Assembly: GCA_951406725.2 (NCBI GenBank)
Contig: OX597815.1
Coordinates: 54,622,001 to 54,686,000 of the forward strand
DNA: 64,000 bases
Direction of reading: 5' to 3'
Source: Octopus vulgaris
Taxonomy: Eukaryota
Within the stretch, counting starts at the first letter, position 1; each line of letters begins with the position of its first letter. Under the pieces are notes generated by a model. It ran no database searches, had not been told where the DNA came from, and was given only the letters and a program-made list of their open reading frames with translations. The position numbers were made by a program, and so were the translations under genes. This document shows positions 26,501 through 40,023 of the stretch, piece after piece.

Positions 26501-27020
26501 TTTCACTACCATATAATAGCACTGATTCGACTGTTGCAATGAACAGCTTGATATTGATTAACTTGGGCAATTTGGAGTTTCAGATCTTCTTTAATTTGTG
26601 ACAGGCTGTACATGCTTCTGTCTTCCTGATCTTGATGCCTGTTTGCTAACTGCTCACCTAACTTGAAGTTTTCAACAACATTCAGTTTGGAACCGGTCAA
26701 AGCAAACAGTTCAGCATCACTTGATTGGTTGAAAGACATGTATTCGGTTTTCTTGGCATCTGTGTACAGTCCAATTTTGGCAGCTGATATTCCTAGTCTT
26801 CTGAGCAGCTGTTGTGGTTGATCTATTTCATCAGAGATGAGTGTTATATCATCTGCAAAGTCCAGGTCTGTTGTGGTTATTGTGGAGAGAAAACTTCCAT
26901 CCACTGGGTCCCCAGATTACGGATAGGGGAAAGGCCTTCAGCTATGAAGGTTAACTGAGAATATAAAACTAAACAGGTCCAGACAAAACATACCTAGAAG
27001 AGTAAACCTCAATGATAAAA
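26501..27020 (-). pseudogene. RTE-like LINE reverse-transcriptase fragment
   Basis: DLDFADDITLIS...GLYTDAKKTEYM, with LLYGSET in a shifted frame at ~26505-26525. Confidence 0.7.
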
Positions 27021-27129
27021 GATCCCAGCCTGGAATTGTGTGTATGTGTGTATGCCTCTGTGTGTGCGTATTTTTCTGTTCAGTTATAATTTGATGCTAA
27101 TCTCATGGCTACTCTATACTTTTGTAGAG

Positions 27130-27865
27130 TACAAATTTATTGACTGTAACTATGAAGCTTCGACCAGTCAGTCCATCGTCGGACTTTGATGTATCAAGTT
27201 AATCTTGGCCTTATATAGTCTCTGTTGATTTAAAATCATTAGTCTTTGAGTGGCGTGGTAATTAGGTTTTACGGTAGATTATTATGGAGAGATGTTTGGG
27301 GTAAATTTTTAGTGATTAGATATGGGCTTACGTTATTGTTTAGAATTCTTTCATTCATGTAGAACTTTGTAAGTACGTGTGAATATTTAGGAGTTTCCCT
27401 TTTTATAGGTAGATGTAGAATATACCAGTTATTTTAGCTACTTTTTGTTTTATTGGGTTTAATTCTTTGCTTTGAAAATGTAAATACTGGATTAAAATTT
27501 GAAGCTTTGACCTTTATATTGTCAAAGCAAACAATTAGATCCAATAAAATCAAAAATAACTGAAACTATTGACACATCCAGTTTGAACGTACCATAAGAG
27601 ATACATCTAAATATCCACACGTGCTTATAAAGTTCTAGATACATGAATAAATTCTAAATAATAACGTAATCCTCAATTTAATCATTAAAAATTCACCACA
27701 ACAGCCCATCCAAAAATCTAATTACTATACCACCCAAACCCACTTACCTAAGGATGACTTTGACTCGATAGAGCGCACATAGAAACCAAGATTAACTTCA
27801 ATGCATTGCAATCTGACATGGCTTAATTGGCCGAAACTTCGAACTCACTGTTAATAATAATTGTA
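27130..27865. mobile_element. Two diverged Penelope-like 3' tails in inverted orientation (centre ~27500)
   Basis: CCAAGATTAACTT (27786) pairs with AAGTTAATCTTGG (27196), and TTACGTTATT(G/A)TTTAGAATT is shared in opposite orientations. Each arm ends in a decayed hammerhead-like motif. Confidence 0.55.
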
Positions 27866-28004
27866 CACACACAGACACAGACACACACGTACACACACAC
27901 GCATACACACACACACACATATATGTATATATATATATAAACCGCACGTGTGTTTGACGTTATGTTAAAATTCAGCGTGCGATTTAATCAATTGTATTTA
28001 AGAC

Positions 28005-28082
28005 AAATTCTGCTGATGACCTATGGATGTTGTGTAAGTAAAATTGCATAATACATTAAGAGCGAAACAATTGTCCAGAGTT
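28005..28082 (+). ncRNA. Type-I hammerhead ribozyme motif (PLE-associated type), probably partly decayed
   Basis: Stem I AATTCTG/CAGAGTT, core CTGATGA (28013-28019), long stem II (TGTTGTGTAA/TTGCATAATA), GAAAC (28064-28068), palindromic stem III ACAATTGT and GTC cleavage triplet (28073-28075). The base of stem II is a C-C mismatch. Confidence 0.7.
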
Positions 28083-28338
28083 AATCTATATTTTTGTTAT
28101 TTTTCACTTGCCCTGCTCGTTTACGTTAAATGTTGTACTGATTCTCCTTGGAAACAATTTTTTAGTGGCTAATACCATAGCGGATCTATTTTTAGCGCAA
28201 GAGTCGACCATATAGTGGTCACTCTCTTATATTTGTGAATAAATTTTTATTGTATCCCTGGTTTTTATGCGCTAAGCCACTTGGTGTTAAATTGATGGTA
28301 TTATTAAATTAATATCCAATTTTTCGCCCTTATTTTTG

Positions 28339-28395
<57 letters not shown>

Positions 28396-29214
28396 CAACT
28401 ATGGTAGTAGTTGAATAATATTCCGAAGGCCGCAATTTACTCGCACGCAGCATCTTTCAGACTTTGTCGTTAATTCGGTTCTAAACCAAATTGAAAACTG
28501 TTAACATTTTAGAAGAGGACTAGCTACATTTTGGTATAGAAAATTGAGATTTGGTCCAGTAGAAAAATGTTCACATCAAAATTTGTAGTAACGTTATAGG
28601 AGGGTAAGTAACGCATCCAATCAAGTTCAGATCTAAATAATGATTCATTTAAAAGCAAAATATATTTATCTTAGCTTCAATGATAGAAGAAAGCATGAGG
28701 AATTTCACAGTTTTGGTCTCATGAAACAAAAATGTGTATCAAAATAGTTGTGATATAAAATATCACGAAAAAATATAAGTATAATTAACTTTTTTATTTT
28801 AAAAACAAACTATATTTTAATCAAGCTTAGATAATAGGGCTCAATTCGAGGAATTTCATGGTATCAATCCCATACAATGAAGTTTTAAAAGAAAAAAGTT
28901 ATGAGTGTTTGCTTCTCAAAGTTAAGAGTGATAACATAGTTCTATACGTTTTTATAAATATAGTTCTATAACGGGACTTTTAATATATGTCACTGGCATC
29001 ATTGAGGTAAAGAAAACATTATCAACAACACCGATAATTTGCAATTAGTTTAATTACGCCATCTGTATTAATTAATGCAATTATATCATAAAAATGATAA
29101 AAATTAAAATATTAATTAGAAATTTATTAAATTTATTATTCAATTTTCAATAAGGTCAAATCTTAAATTGACACATTATTAATTAGCATAATAGCATAGC
29201 CTGGAAAAAATGGA

Positions 29215-29985
29215 TGGCATGTAAAATGCGAGAAAGTGAAATAATATTTTTAAGATTATAATCCTGGAAAAGTTCATGACAAGTTATTACACCTGGTAAA
29301 GTACAGAACAAGAAAAGTTTTACTTAAAATATTGCATTTAAGGATAAAATTTGAATATTAAAAATGATTTGATTTTAATTTACAAAGTAACATTATAATT
29401 AAAATAGATACGATCATTTTGTCAAAATATTGACACACTAGAATACTTTAAAAATCAGAGCCTGAAGTGCCAATATAGCTAAAGTAGGCAAATTCATTAT
29501 GTAAAAAATAGGCATTGGGTCAAGAATTGGCAATAACTTAGGCAATAACTCAAGCAAATTTTACTGTAATATGTAACTAATTTTTGTATTATTCTATTTA
29601 TTTTGCTAATTTACTATGTACTACTATTATTTTTATAACCTATTTTCAAATATCTAATTATCAATTAATAATTGACAAAATGATTTTTTAATAGTGAAAA
29701 AAAATATTTTGAGTTATTTTTATATTTTTAATAGAATTAACAAGTAATAACAAAAAAGAATTAATAAATTTTTAGTTTTAATAAATGCTAATATTTTCTA
29801 AATCTAATTATTTTATTTGAAATTTTATCCTTAGCTGCAATGTTTTAAGAAGAAAAATTCTCGTTCTGTACGTTACCAGATGTAATAACTTGTCCTAAAC
29901 TTTTGCAAGCATAAAAACTTGTCCTGTACTTTTCCAGGATCATATTCTTAAGAATATGTTTTCTCTTACTCTCATTTTCCAAGGG
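29215..29985. mobile_element. MITE-like element with long, diverged (~150-bp) inverted repeats
   Basis: GACAAGTTATTACACCTGGTAAAGTACAGAAC (~29278) pairs with GTTCTGTACGTTACCAGATGTAATAACTTGTC (~29863), and TAAGGATAAAATTT pairs with AAATTTTATCCTTA. Very AT-rich interior, no ORF. Confidence 0.6.
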
Positions 29986-31459
29986 GATCGAGAGGTGGTA
30001 TCCATCAACTTTTAGACATTATATTATGTCTATTTATTTATTTATTTATTAAAAAACACCCGTAAAACACTAGAGTCTAATCAATGGACTATTATTATTC
30101 ACTGGTTATATCTTTGTAGCAATATGAGAAATCAACAATAAATATTCATATTTGTAATAAATAGGATCAAAGATATTCTTTCAATTGATTGCGAGATTGT
30201 CTGTTAGGTTGCTACTCAATATTACGTCTCATTTGGGTGATGCTTAACAAAATTATGTCATAAAAATGATGGCAACGTAGCAAACTAGAAGAAATCTGCA
30301 TATCATTGTAAGTGATATTGTGTTTATGTAATAAAAATGTATCAGTGGTATTATATATCTGTACAGTAAACATAAACATAAAGAGATGCAAGAGACATCG
30401 ATCTAAACATTTATTATTATCGAAAACATAAATAAATATGAATAATCAACTGACAAATTGCAATCATTTTCATTGAATATCTTCATAAATTTCTGTCATA
30501 TTAAGCTCGAATAGGAGAAAAGAAGCTAATGATATTTTAATATTGTCTCTTATCGGGAAGCTGAATTTGTTTTTCCGTTTTCTTTAACCAGGACGAAAAC
30601 TTTTCCCTGTCATAATTCCACTAATGAAGGCTACATCCAGGCGTCAAAGAATTGTAAACGATGTTGTTGTTTGTTTGTTTTGTTTTGTTTTGTTTTTTAT
30701 TTACAACTTTATACAAAATTTCGGAAATAATAAAAATTCGGAAAATGTTCAGTTTTGTTTGTTTTTATATGAAACAACTTTTAAAAATTACCATTAAATT
30801 AAAACAAGCAACAACTCAATTAAAACAAGCAACAACACAAAAATTAAGCATAAACACATAATATTATAACTAAAGATGGGATGGTCACCGCTTGGATACC
30901 GGAAGAACAATAGCTTCGTGATTATAACCTTGCATCATCTATTGCCTCTTTTTCAAATCATATACAAAGGTTTGTGTAAAGATAACTGTTCTTTCACTGT
31001 CAGACAGATTTCCGCAAGCAGAGACAAACTATGCAATGCGATATTCCTTTAGTTGGAATAAAAGAGAAGATAAATCAATTCATGAAGAAAAAAATCAAGT
31101 TTAAGGAAAGTAGGGAGGATCTGCTTTAGAAAGAACAATTTCCTAATAAATTTTACAAAACAAGTCCCTTCTGTCCGTTGATGAAAAAAAAACTTGGTAG
31201 AAGCGTTAGCATTCACTTCTCACAAATTTACCGAAGTGGACAGTACAATACTCTCTCTTTCTTTCTTTCTTTCTCTCTCTCTCCCTCCCCCCTCTCTCTC
31301 TCGCTCGCTCCTTCATTCACTCACTCACGCTTCCCTCTCTTTTGCACATACATACACACCTATACACGTGTGTATGTGTTATATGTGTCTATGCGTGAGT
31401 AAATATGTATATATATATATAGAGAGAGAGAGGGGGGTGAGAGGAGGGGAAGAATATAC

Positions 31460-32900
31460 ATAGCCATGGTTGTCTCGGTAGTTACGGTCATAGCTTAGTG
31501 TAAGGAGGAGGCCTAGTTCCCTCGTGTTGACTTCGCAGAACTCTACTTCACTCTGACACATAATCTCAATGGATTTTTCTACAGCAAAATCTATGTCTAT
31601 AGATGAGTAGAGTGAAACCCTATCCATACAACCCACTGCACAACCTTCGAGGTCGTTGGAATTGTTGTAACTACTGAGGAGGTTCTCCATGCTCACACTG
31701 ACATCCGGATACATTTTAATGAGTGGTCGTAGCACCTGCGGGAGGAAGTAGGATAGCCTATAATTGTTAGAAATATTCGCTCTACAAACTAGTCGGATTG
31801 GGGGTCCCATAACAGGGTTTACGTAGTTGTGATACTTTTGTAACCAGTACAGCGCAAAAATATTGTTTGTTGTTAAATGCTTGGAACTTTGGTGCAGTCC
31901 GTTTCCTGGGTTGGAGTATGTTGCACCACATTCTCATGTGTGCATTGAAAAGTTTTTCCATTCTTTCGTGTTCCTGTGGTGCAACTTCTCTCATGCTACT
32001 GATGTGTTGTTGCATGACCTGGACATAGTTTTGTGGGTTGTCTATCGACAGTCTGCGAGACTTGTCTGTAAGGAGGCACACTAATTCCCTGTTCCTAATT
32101 CGCTGCTTCGGCTTTTGTAGGCCTTTGGCGACTGTTGAACCGGGTTTCCCCCTCATTATATTTTTTAGTGGTTTGTTATATTGGTCTAAGATGTGACGGA
32201 GTCTATTTCTAGTTAAAGAAATCTTTGCCTCTGTCTCACTGTCAGTCTATGGTGGGATACATACCCTTTTGTTGAAGGGTATGTCTATAGGGTAAATCCT
32301 CGTCATGTGATACGACTTGTCGTTGGGGTTATAGAAGAGTGTAGGTATTATTTTTCGGTGTCCTGACGTCGAAGTTCTCTAGTAGTTTACATTCCAACAT
32401 GACGATCCCGTCGATGTTGTTTGGGTATCTGTGTTGATTCTTACCATGCTGAGATCGCTGCTGCTGCTGTTGTTGTTTCATCCACTTAAGTTAAAGTTGC
32501 AGGAGGTATTCTTGTTGACTGAGTGTCATGAATTTACCGCTTTCTTGTGGTGTAGTGATGTTTTTCAGTTCATGCAGTAGGACCCTCTTTCGTTACTGGT
32601 ATTGCCGTTGATTTCTGTGTATATTTTCTTTTAGATGTTTAGTAACATCGTGTGTTTTTGTTTTTTTGCTTGGTGTTCTGTGAGTCCTAGCCGCTTACAG
32701 CCGAATTAACAGATTTCGTGTGTAGCTAGGAGGGGATGCATGCTTTAATGAAGTGGAACTGCCGGGTAGGTATCTTGATTTTTTGATAGCAGAACACAGT
32801 GCCTTTTAGTATTTTGCTAGCTAGGCCAGTGCGTATTCTACTCCGTTTTTGTATCTGGTTTGCAAGATTATTTATGTGAATTCATGTCTTGCAGCAAATT
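31460..32900 (-). mobile_element. Penelope-like element, N-terminal and RT fragment
   Basis: CLLTDKS, PPIRLVCRANISNNYRLSYFL and MDRVSLYSSID (PLE RT motif D-x2-SLY-x2-I); frameshifted. Confidence 0.65.
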
Positions 32901-33484
32901 ATGCTGTGGCTGGGGAGAGTCATAATGTCTTATTATCTAACACACTCACCGGTTCGATTTCCACTCATTCATATATTTTCTTCCAAAATTGTCGTTGTTT
33001 TTGCAGCCTTGTCAATAGAGGTTGATCTGTCCGTTATTGGAATTGAGTTATTTTTTGTCTGTTTGTGCACGTATGTCTGCGTGAGCATGAATGTATGCTT
33101 GTATATGCACATATGTATGCATGTATGTATGCGTGTGTGTATGCATATATGTATGTATTCGTGTGTGCACGTATGTATGTATTCTGCATATTCGTGTGTT
33201 TGTGTACGCATGCTTGAGTGTTTGTATGTATATGTGTGTGTTTGTGTGTGTGTGTGTGTGTACCTCTGCTTCCTTGTGTGTGCGTGTTTGGGTGTGACTA
33301 TGAGTATGGGTTTGTGTGACTATGTGCGTGCGCCTGTTATGTATAAATGTGTGTCTCCATATGTGTCTTTGTGTGTATACGTGTGAGTGAAGTGTGTGCG
33401 TGTGTGTGCTTGTCTGACTGTATTACCTATGTACCTATCTATCTTCTTACCTATATATCTGTTTACTTACAAATCGACTTACCT

Positions 33485-33526
<42 letters not shown>

Positions 33527-33539
33527 GTATAACAGAAAC

Positions 33540-33722
33540 AGGAAGAAAGAGTGAGAGAAATTTTTGGTGAAAGAGTGCAGCAGGGTTCGCTACCATCCAA
33601 TGCCAGAGCCTCGTGGAGCTTTTAGGTGTTCAATAAACTCTCACAACGCGCAGTTTGGTAATCGGAACTGCGATCGTACCATCGCGAGTCCGCTGCCCTA
33701 ACCACTAGGCCATTGCGCCTCC
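33540..33722 (-). mobile_element. tRNA-derived SINE (family C)
   Basis: Minus strand GGAGGCGCAATGGCCTAGTGGTTAGGGCAGCGGACTCGCG (A-box), same family as 39414-39690. Confidence 0.8.
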
Positions 33723-33740
33723 ATATATATACATATATAT

Positions 33741-33941
33741 TCTTTTATTATTTTATTTGTTTCAGTCATATGACTGCAGCCATGCTGGAGCACCGCCTTT
33801 AGTCGAGTAAACCCCATGACTTCTTTCGGTGTCTTTTGCCGAACCATTAAGTTACGAGGACGTAAACACACCACCATCGGTTGTCAAGCGATGGTGGAAG
33901 GACAAACATAAACGCACAAACATATACACACACATGCATAT

Positions 33942-33993
<52 letters not shown>

Positions 33994-34152
33994 GACGGGC
34001 TTCTTTCAGTTTCCGTTTGCCAAATCCACTCAGAAGGCTTTGGTCAACCCGAGGCTATAAAAGACACTTGCCCAAGGTGCCAGGCAGTGGGACCGAACCC
34101 GGAACCATGTGGTTTGTAAGCAAGCTACTTAACACACAGCCACTCCTGCGCC
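33741..34152 (-). mobile_element. tRNA-derived SINE (family B)
   Basis: Reverse complement of GGCGCAGGAGTGGCTGTGTG...GGTTCGGTCCC, internal (TA)n, and tail GCTCCAGCATGG...GACTGAAACAA. Confidence 0.88.
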
Positions 34153-34186
<34 letters not shown>

Positions 34187-34306
34187 AATTTATTTTACTA
34201 AGCCCTTTTATATAATGTAATAATTTGAATTCGCCTTAAATGGTCCCTTTGTATACTGAATACTTGGTGAAATTGATTAATTAATTAATTTTACCCTCAA
34301 TTGTTG

Positions 34307-34308
<2 letters not shown>

Positions 34309-34357
<49 letters not shown>

Positions 34358-34487
34358 TACATACATACATACATACATACATACATACATACATACATAC
34401 ATACATACATACATACATACATACATACATACATACATACATACATACATACATACATACATACATACATGCATACATACATACATA
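34309..34487. repeat. (TA)n followed by (CATA)n microsatellite
   Basis: Directly visible. Confidence 0.95.
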
Positions 34488-34814
34488 TGCTATTTGTCTA
34501 CATAACAGCCTACAAGCAAATGTACTTTTGTATGTATATTCTGTGGGTATTGGAGTGTTACTTACTTCTATGCGTATTTCCTATTGAGTACGGGGAACGT
34601 TTCATTTATGAGGACGTACTCCTGTATCTATTTGAGTGATGGGTCCTTCGGGTGCTTGGATAAAATACGAATGTCAAGTCGGCCCAGTATGTTTCCATGT
34701 TAGCAGAATACGGAGGACTGTTTATGTCATCATATTGCTTCAAGTTTTCGCTTAATCTCTCAGCAATACTTCTAGATGTTTCTACAATACATATATATAA
34801 ATAGGGTGGGGTGT

Positions 34815-34976
34815 ATGACGGGATTCTTTAAATCTTCCGTCCACCAAACCCACTCGCAAAGTTTTCGTCGACCCGAAGCTATAGTAGAAGGCACTTGTCC
34901 AAGGTGCCAAGCAGTTGGAATCAACCCAGACTCAATCGGTGCGAAAGTAAACTTCTTACCACACAGTCGTGCCTGC
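34815..34976 (-). mobile_element. Family B SINE, 5' half, degenerate
   Basis: GCTATAGTAGAAGGCACTTGTCCAAGGTGCC...CTTACCACACAG matches family B. Confidence 0.7.
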
Positions 34977-36176
34977 GTCGATGAAAAGTATTATTACCTA
35001 TATATATTTTTTTGTTATTTATTTATTTAACAAGCATTTTCTTTATTTTCCTTTTAGTCTTTTGTTGTCTTCATCACCAAATTTCTTGAATAGGTAATTT
35101 TTTATGGTTTACAGTTTACTGTTTTGATTGAATGTTTGTAACACCGTCAATGTCAGGTATATATTCAGTGGAATAACATTCAGTTTAGCAAATGATTTGT
35201 TGATATACCTGAATAATTTCCACTTAGCAATATTGCTGAAATAACACGCTGATACGATGTATTATTCCATATACTCTATAATATTCCAACAATGATCTTC
35301 TGGTAAGACGGTGATGGAACAATTGTTGTGCATTTTCTCTGTTAATACTTATATTTGTATGAGTTTACATGGATTTTCAGAAGTAACATCAGTTACATTG
35401 ATTTCCTATGCATGTACGTATGTATGTATGTATGTATGTATGTATGTATGTATGTATGTATGTATGTATGTATGTATGTATGTATGTATATTTGTATGCA
35501 TACATGTAGCTGGCTTCCCATCAGTTTCTGCAACCACATTTCACGCAAGCTATAGGACAACCAGTGTTCGTCGAACGGACATATAGCAACTAGTTAGTTA
35601 TCCGTACCACTGGTTGCGATCCAGATATACAATGATCCATATAAACGGTGCTTCTACTTTCTGGGGGACTTCACTGTATTATAGCATTTAGTCGGATGTT
35701 GCACCGTGTCGCAGAATGGAGATATTTCACAGTTCTGCAGCTATAAAACTACAGGCTTCTAGTTATAGTTAAAACAGATGAATTCGTCGAAGAATGGCAT
35801 CAGCTGTTCTTCAGTTACTTCTGCTACTGTGCATTCCTACACAATAAAGTCATTTTTTCCTCTCTCTTTTTTAAATCTAACAGTTCAACTTGATGAAATG
35901 TAACAGGTCAAGCAAAATAATTAGGACATGGTATAAATTATTAACGTGTATAATCTTCAGCTTAGTATTACGGATGCACAGAAGGCATGATAGAATTGTT
36001 CTGGTACATTGGTTCCTCCCTTTACAAGACAAGCATTAAGCGTTACTGTACTCAGTGTTCTAAGGGGCCAATTGTTATAGCAGTCTCTTTTTCAAATTTA
36101 TTTTTATGTCTCAAATAACGATATTTTATGATATATTATATTTTTACATTATTGCGATAATATATTGCTTAAATTC

Positions 36177-36207
<31 letters not shown>

Positions 36208-36695
36208 TGTATGTATGTTTGCATGTATATATGTATTATATATGTATGTATATAAGTATGTTCGTTTGTTTATTTATATGTATGTACATACATACGTATG
36301 TATACATGAATGTGTGTGTGCGTGCGTGCGTGTGTGTGTGTATCTCAAATTCGTCTAATCGATATATGTATTCACTGAGAGTACTGTACACCTAGTTAAA
36401 AATTAGTCAGTCCTATGTATATATTTAAATGAAATAAATAAACGATGACGATTGATCTCGAATGTACCTATAAAGAAAATATGTATATATTTATCTTAGG
36501 ACAAGTTTACATGATATTTAAATGTTCTTTGCTGCTATTCCTTGTCTTCAACAAGTACTAAAAGAGGTTCGAGAAGCACTATTTCTTAGTCCCTTTCTTT
36601 TTCTGTATTTTTACTTCTCTCTCTCTTCCTCTCCCTCTATCTCTTTCTATGTCACCCGTTTCTCCCCTTCTCTCTCTCCCGCGCACACAATACCA

Positions 36696-36732
<37 letters not shown>

Positions 36733-36735
<3 letters not shown>

Positions 36736-37503
36736 TGGGTGCGGTGAATAAATTATTGTCTAAATTTACGCAAAAATGAAAATAACACTGACATCTCATT
36801 TTAACAGATATATTCACCAAAATTACATAAAAATATCCAGAAATACTAAACAGTAAATATCTTCAAGAAAATCGCCATTGGCTTCAATCACGACCTCCAG
36901 ACGACTTCGGAATCTCTTGCGACTCTTCTGGGCAGTGTGCCATAATCTTTGATTCAGTTCATCTTTGGTGTTACAAGCTTTGTTGGTCTCTCGCTCAAAT
37001 GCGACCCACGCATAATTATTAATGGAGTTGCAGTCTGAGGAGTTAGGTAGCCAGATGTTAAGAGTGATGTGGCCGCAGAAACTTCTGACAGCCATGACTG
37101 GGGCCTCCTCCTTGTGTGGCATAGTGCAGAGCCCTGTTGTAAGGCATAGGGTCTTCAAGTAGCCACCCCCTTGACCCAGGGCAGCACTACTCCTCCTAAC
37201 ACTTGATGTAGTCCTCCATGTTAAATGTGAGACCGTGTGTGCACTCTCGGTACATGTCTTCAGATTGTACTTCTTCAGATTGACACCCAAACACTCTGAA
37301 ATGTTCGTATTGGAGCTTCCGGTGCAAATGCCAAGCAGTACACCATGTCATTTCCAAATTTCTGGCAGACTGAATTGAATCATGGTGCTATTTTTCTCAC
37401 AGACACTACTATACTGTGTAGTCGACAACATAAATTTGAAACAATGCACATGTGCGAAATTAAATATATAATTTGGCGACAATTTACCAATCGCAAACTG
37501 TAT
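36733..37503 (-). mobile_element. Internally deleted Tc1/mariner-superfamily element (DD37D/maT-like)
   Basis: WLPNSSDCNSINNYAW resembles the WPPxSPDxNPxDY motif; FRSRLEVVIEANG C-terminus; degenerate TIRs flanked by TA. Confidence 0.65.
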
Positions 37504-37507
37504 AGTG

Positions 37508-37556
<49 letters not shown>

Positions 37557-37624
37557 TATTTACTATTCTTATATATGTATATATGTATAGTATATATATA
37601 GTACATATATATAGTGTATACATA

Positions 37625-37656
<32 letters not shown>

Positions 37657-37674
37657 ATTTACATATATTTACAT

Positions 37675-38257
37675 ATCTGTAATTGTAATATCTAACAATT
37701 ATTCGGTAGCCATGATAAAACTCCGAGGTTCGGATGTCGGGGTGGAAATTTGTATATTTTTTATACATATATTTTTTACATATTTATAGAGATATTGTTT
37801 TATAGGTTTATTGCTCATATTTTTTACGCATAATTTTTCTGTATTCTACCTTCTCACTCTGCATTTTCCCTGTGCGTATATATCGTGTGCGTATATATCG
37901 TGTGCGGATATGCGCGTATAAAGAAGTCTGTGTGCGTGAATACGGGTATGTGCGTATATAGACGTGTTTTACTCTTATGGTGTAAGTATGGACATGCGCG
38001 CTTACGCGAATACTTTGAACATTTTTACCCCCTTACTTTTACTCCCTTACCTCACTTAGCGGTCATTCAAATAGATCTTTTGTCTTAATAACGGTCAATC
38101 ACACAGTAATTTCCCTTTGTTTAACGGTCATTTTCATAGCATTTTTCCGATGGCCGGATAACTGAAGAGATGGCGGCGTGGATCTCCACCCCGACATCCG
38201 AAACTCGGAGATTTATCATGGCTACCGATTAATTGTCACATATTACAATTACAGATA
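37675..38257. repeat. ~73-bp inverted repeat (37675-37747 and 38184-38257), PLE pseudo-LTR-like
   Basis: GGTAGCCATGATAAAACTCCGAGGTTCGGATGTCGGGGTGGA pairs with TCCACCCCGACATCCGAAACTCGGAGATTTATCATGGCTACC. Confidence 0.85.
38152..38222 (+). ncRNA. Degenerate type-I hammerhead ribozyme motif
   Basis: GATAA-CTGAAGA-[GATG...GTGGA-TC-TCCAC...CATCC]-GAAACTCGGAG-(A/T)T-TTATC. Stem I is GATAA/TTATC; the cleavage triplet is mutated. Confidence 0.5.
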
Positions 38258-38360
38258 AATTCCTCTATTTACATAATATCGAGGTCTTTTTCATTTAATG
38301 TGTTGTGTTACCATTTTTATCATATATTTACACATATATAATAATAGTAAATAATATATA

Positions 38361-38422
<62 letters not shown>

Positions 38423-38430
38423 TATATACA

Positions 38431-38461
<31 letters not shown>

Positions 38462-39320
38462 GTGTGTGTGTGTGTTTTTCAGCGTTTACAAATAACACAA
38501 TAACACGAAAAAATAAATAGTTAAAAGCAGTTGTTGCATGTGCTTAGTGCCTTCACATATTAAAGCACAGCTCTCCAGCACTGTTAAATAAACATAATGA
38601 GGCTCTAAGCACGGGCAACCACCGCTTTTTTCGCACATTAAAATTCTACCACAAATCCAAATGCCTAAATAACTATACAGTATATTTCCACAATACCCTT
38701 TAGGTAACCCAATAACCTTATATATCTACATTTTAACTCTTAATCCCTATCTAATTCCTCACTCATACTCGAATATCACAACCATCTAATTATATTCGTG
38801 TGTATATGTGTGCATGCATATGTGCGTGTATATGTATGTGTGTGTATACGTGTGTGTATGTATGTGTGTATGTGGGAATGTATGTATGCAAGGTATGTAT
38901 ACCTGCGTATACAGGGGCGATAATACATACATATATACTTATATATGGGTGTGCATGTGTACATATACACATGAGTACGAGTTGTGCATGTAGATATTGA
39001 TATGTATAAACATCTGTATAAATATATATATACATGTCTAATATATCTTCACATATATATTTTCTTCTACTACTAAGTACTGACCTTTCCAACCACCTAA
39101 TCTATATTCCTAGATTCTTCATTCCATACTACTACCCCACTCTCTGCCCCATCACTTAGACTCTATCACTACATAACTGACACTCCTTTACTTTTTATAC
39201 CTCTCTCTATCACCACCCCTCATTCCTTCTATCTTTTTACACTCTAATACCTTTCTCTCTCTATCACCCTCATCTTGATGCATCAACTTAAGTACCTAAT
39301 TCAACTGATTCTCAATTATT

Positions 39321-39364
<44 letters not shown>

Positions 39365-39370
39365 AATAAT

Positions 39371-39413
<43 letters not shown>

Positions 39414-39414
<1 letters not shown>

Positions 39415-39690
39415 GAGGCGCAATGGCCTAGTGGTTAGGGCAGCGGACTCGCGGTCGGAGGATCGTGTTTTCGATTCCTAGACCGGGCGTTGTGTGTGTT
39501 TATTGGGCGAAAACACCTAAAGGCTCCACGAAGCTCCGGCAGAGGGTGGTGATCCCTGTTGTACTCTTTCACCACTCTTACTCTCACTCTTTCTTCTGTT
39601 GTCCTGCTCGCTTAGCCAGCGGGGTGGCGTCGTTCGAAGGCTAAAACAATGCAAACGCATTGTGACCAGCGATGTGTAGCAACATCTGAT
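39414..39690 (+). mobile_element. tRNA-derived SINE (family C)
   Basis: A-box TGGCCTAGTGG and B-box-like TTTCGATTCC, followed by a non-tRNA body. Confidence 0.82.
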
Positions 39691-39769
39691 GGTGATCATA
39701 TGATATATATATATATATATATATGCATTGTGCGAAATTACATTTATAGGCGTGTAGGCATCTCGAGAG

Positions 39770-39974
39770 TCTCTCTTTACTCTTTACTCTTTTACTTGTT
39801 TCAGTCATTTGACTGAGGCCATGCTGGAGTACCGCCTTTAGTCGAGCAAATCGACCCCAGGACTTATTCTGTCTTTTGCCGAACCGCTAAGTTACGGGAC
39901 GTAAACACACCAGCATTGGTTGTCAAGCGATGTTGGGGAGACAAATACAGACACACAAACATACACACACACAC

Positions 39975-40023
<49 letters not shown>

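Noticed and set aside
30619-30670. CTAATGAAGGC... hammerhead-like start
   Set aside because: The core is mutated, with no GAAA box or stems.
39414-39490. tRNA-like sequence with A and B boxes
   Set aside because: It continues into a repeated SINE body, has no proper acceptor stem or terminator, and has a second copy at 33540-33722.
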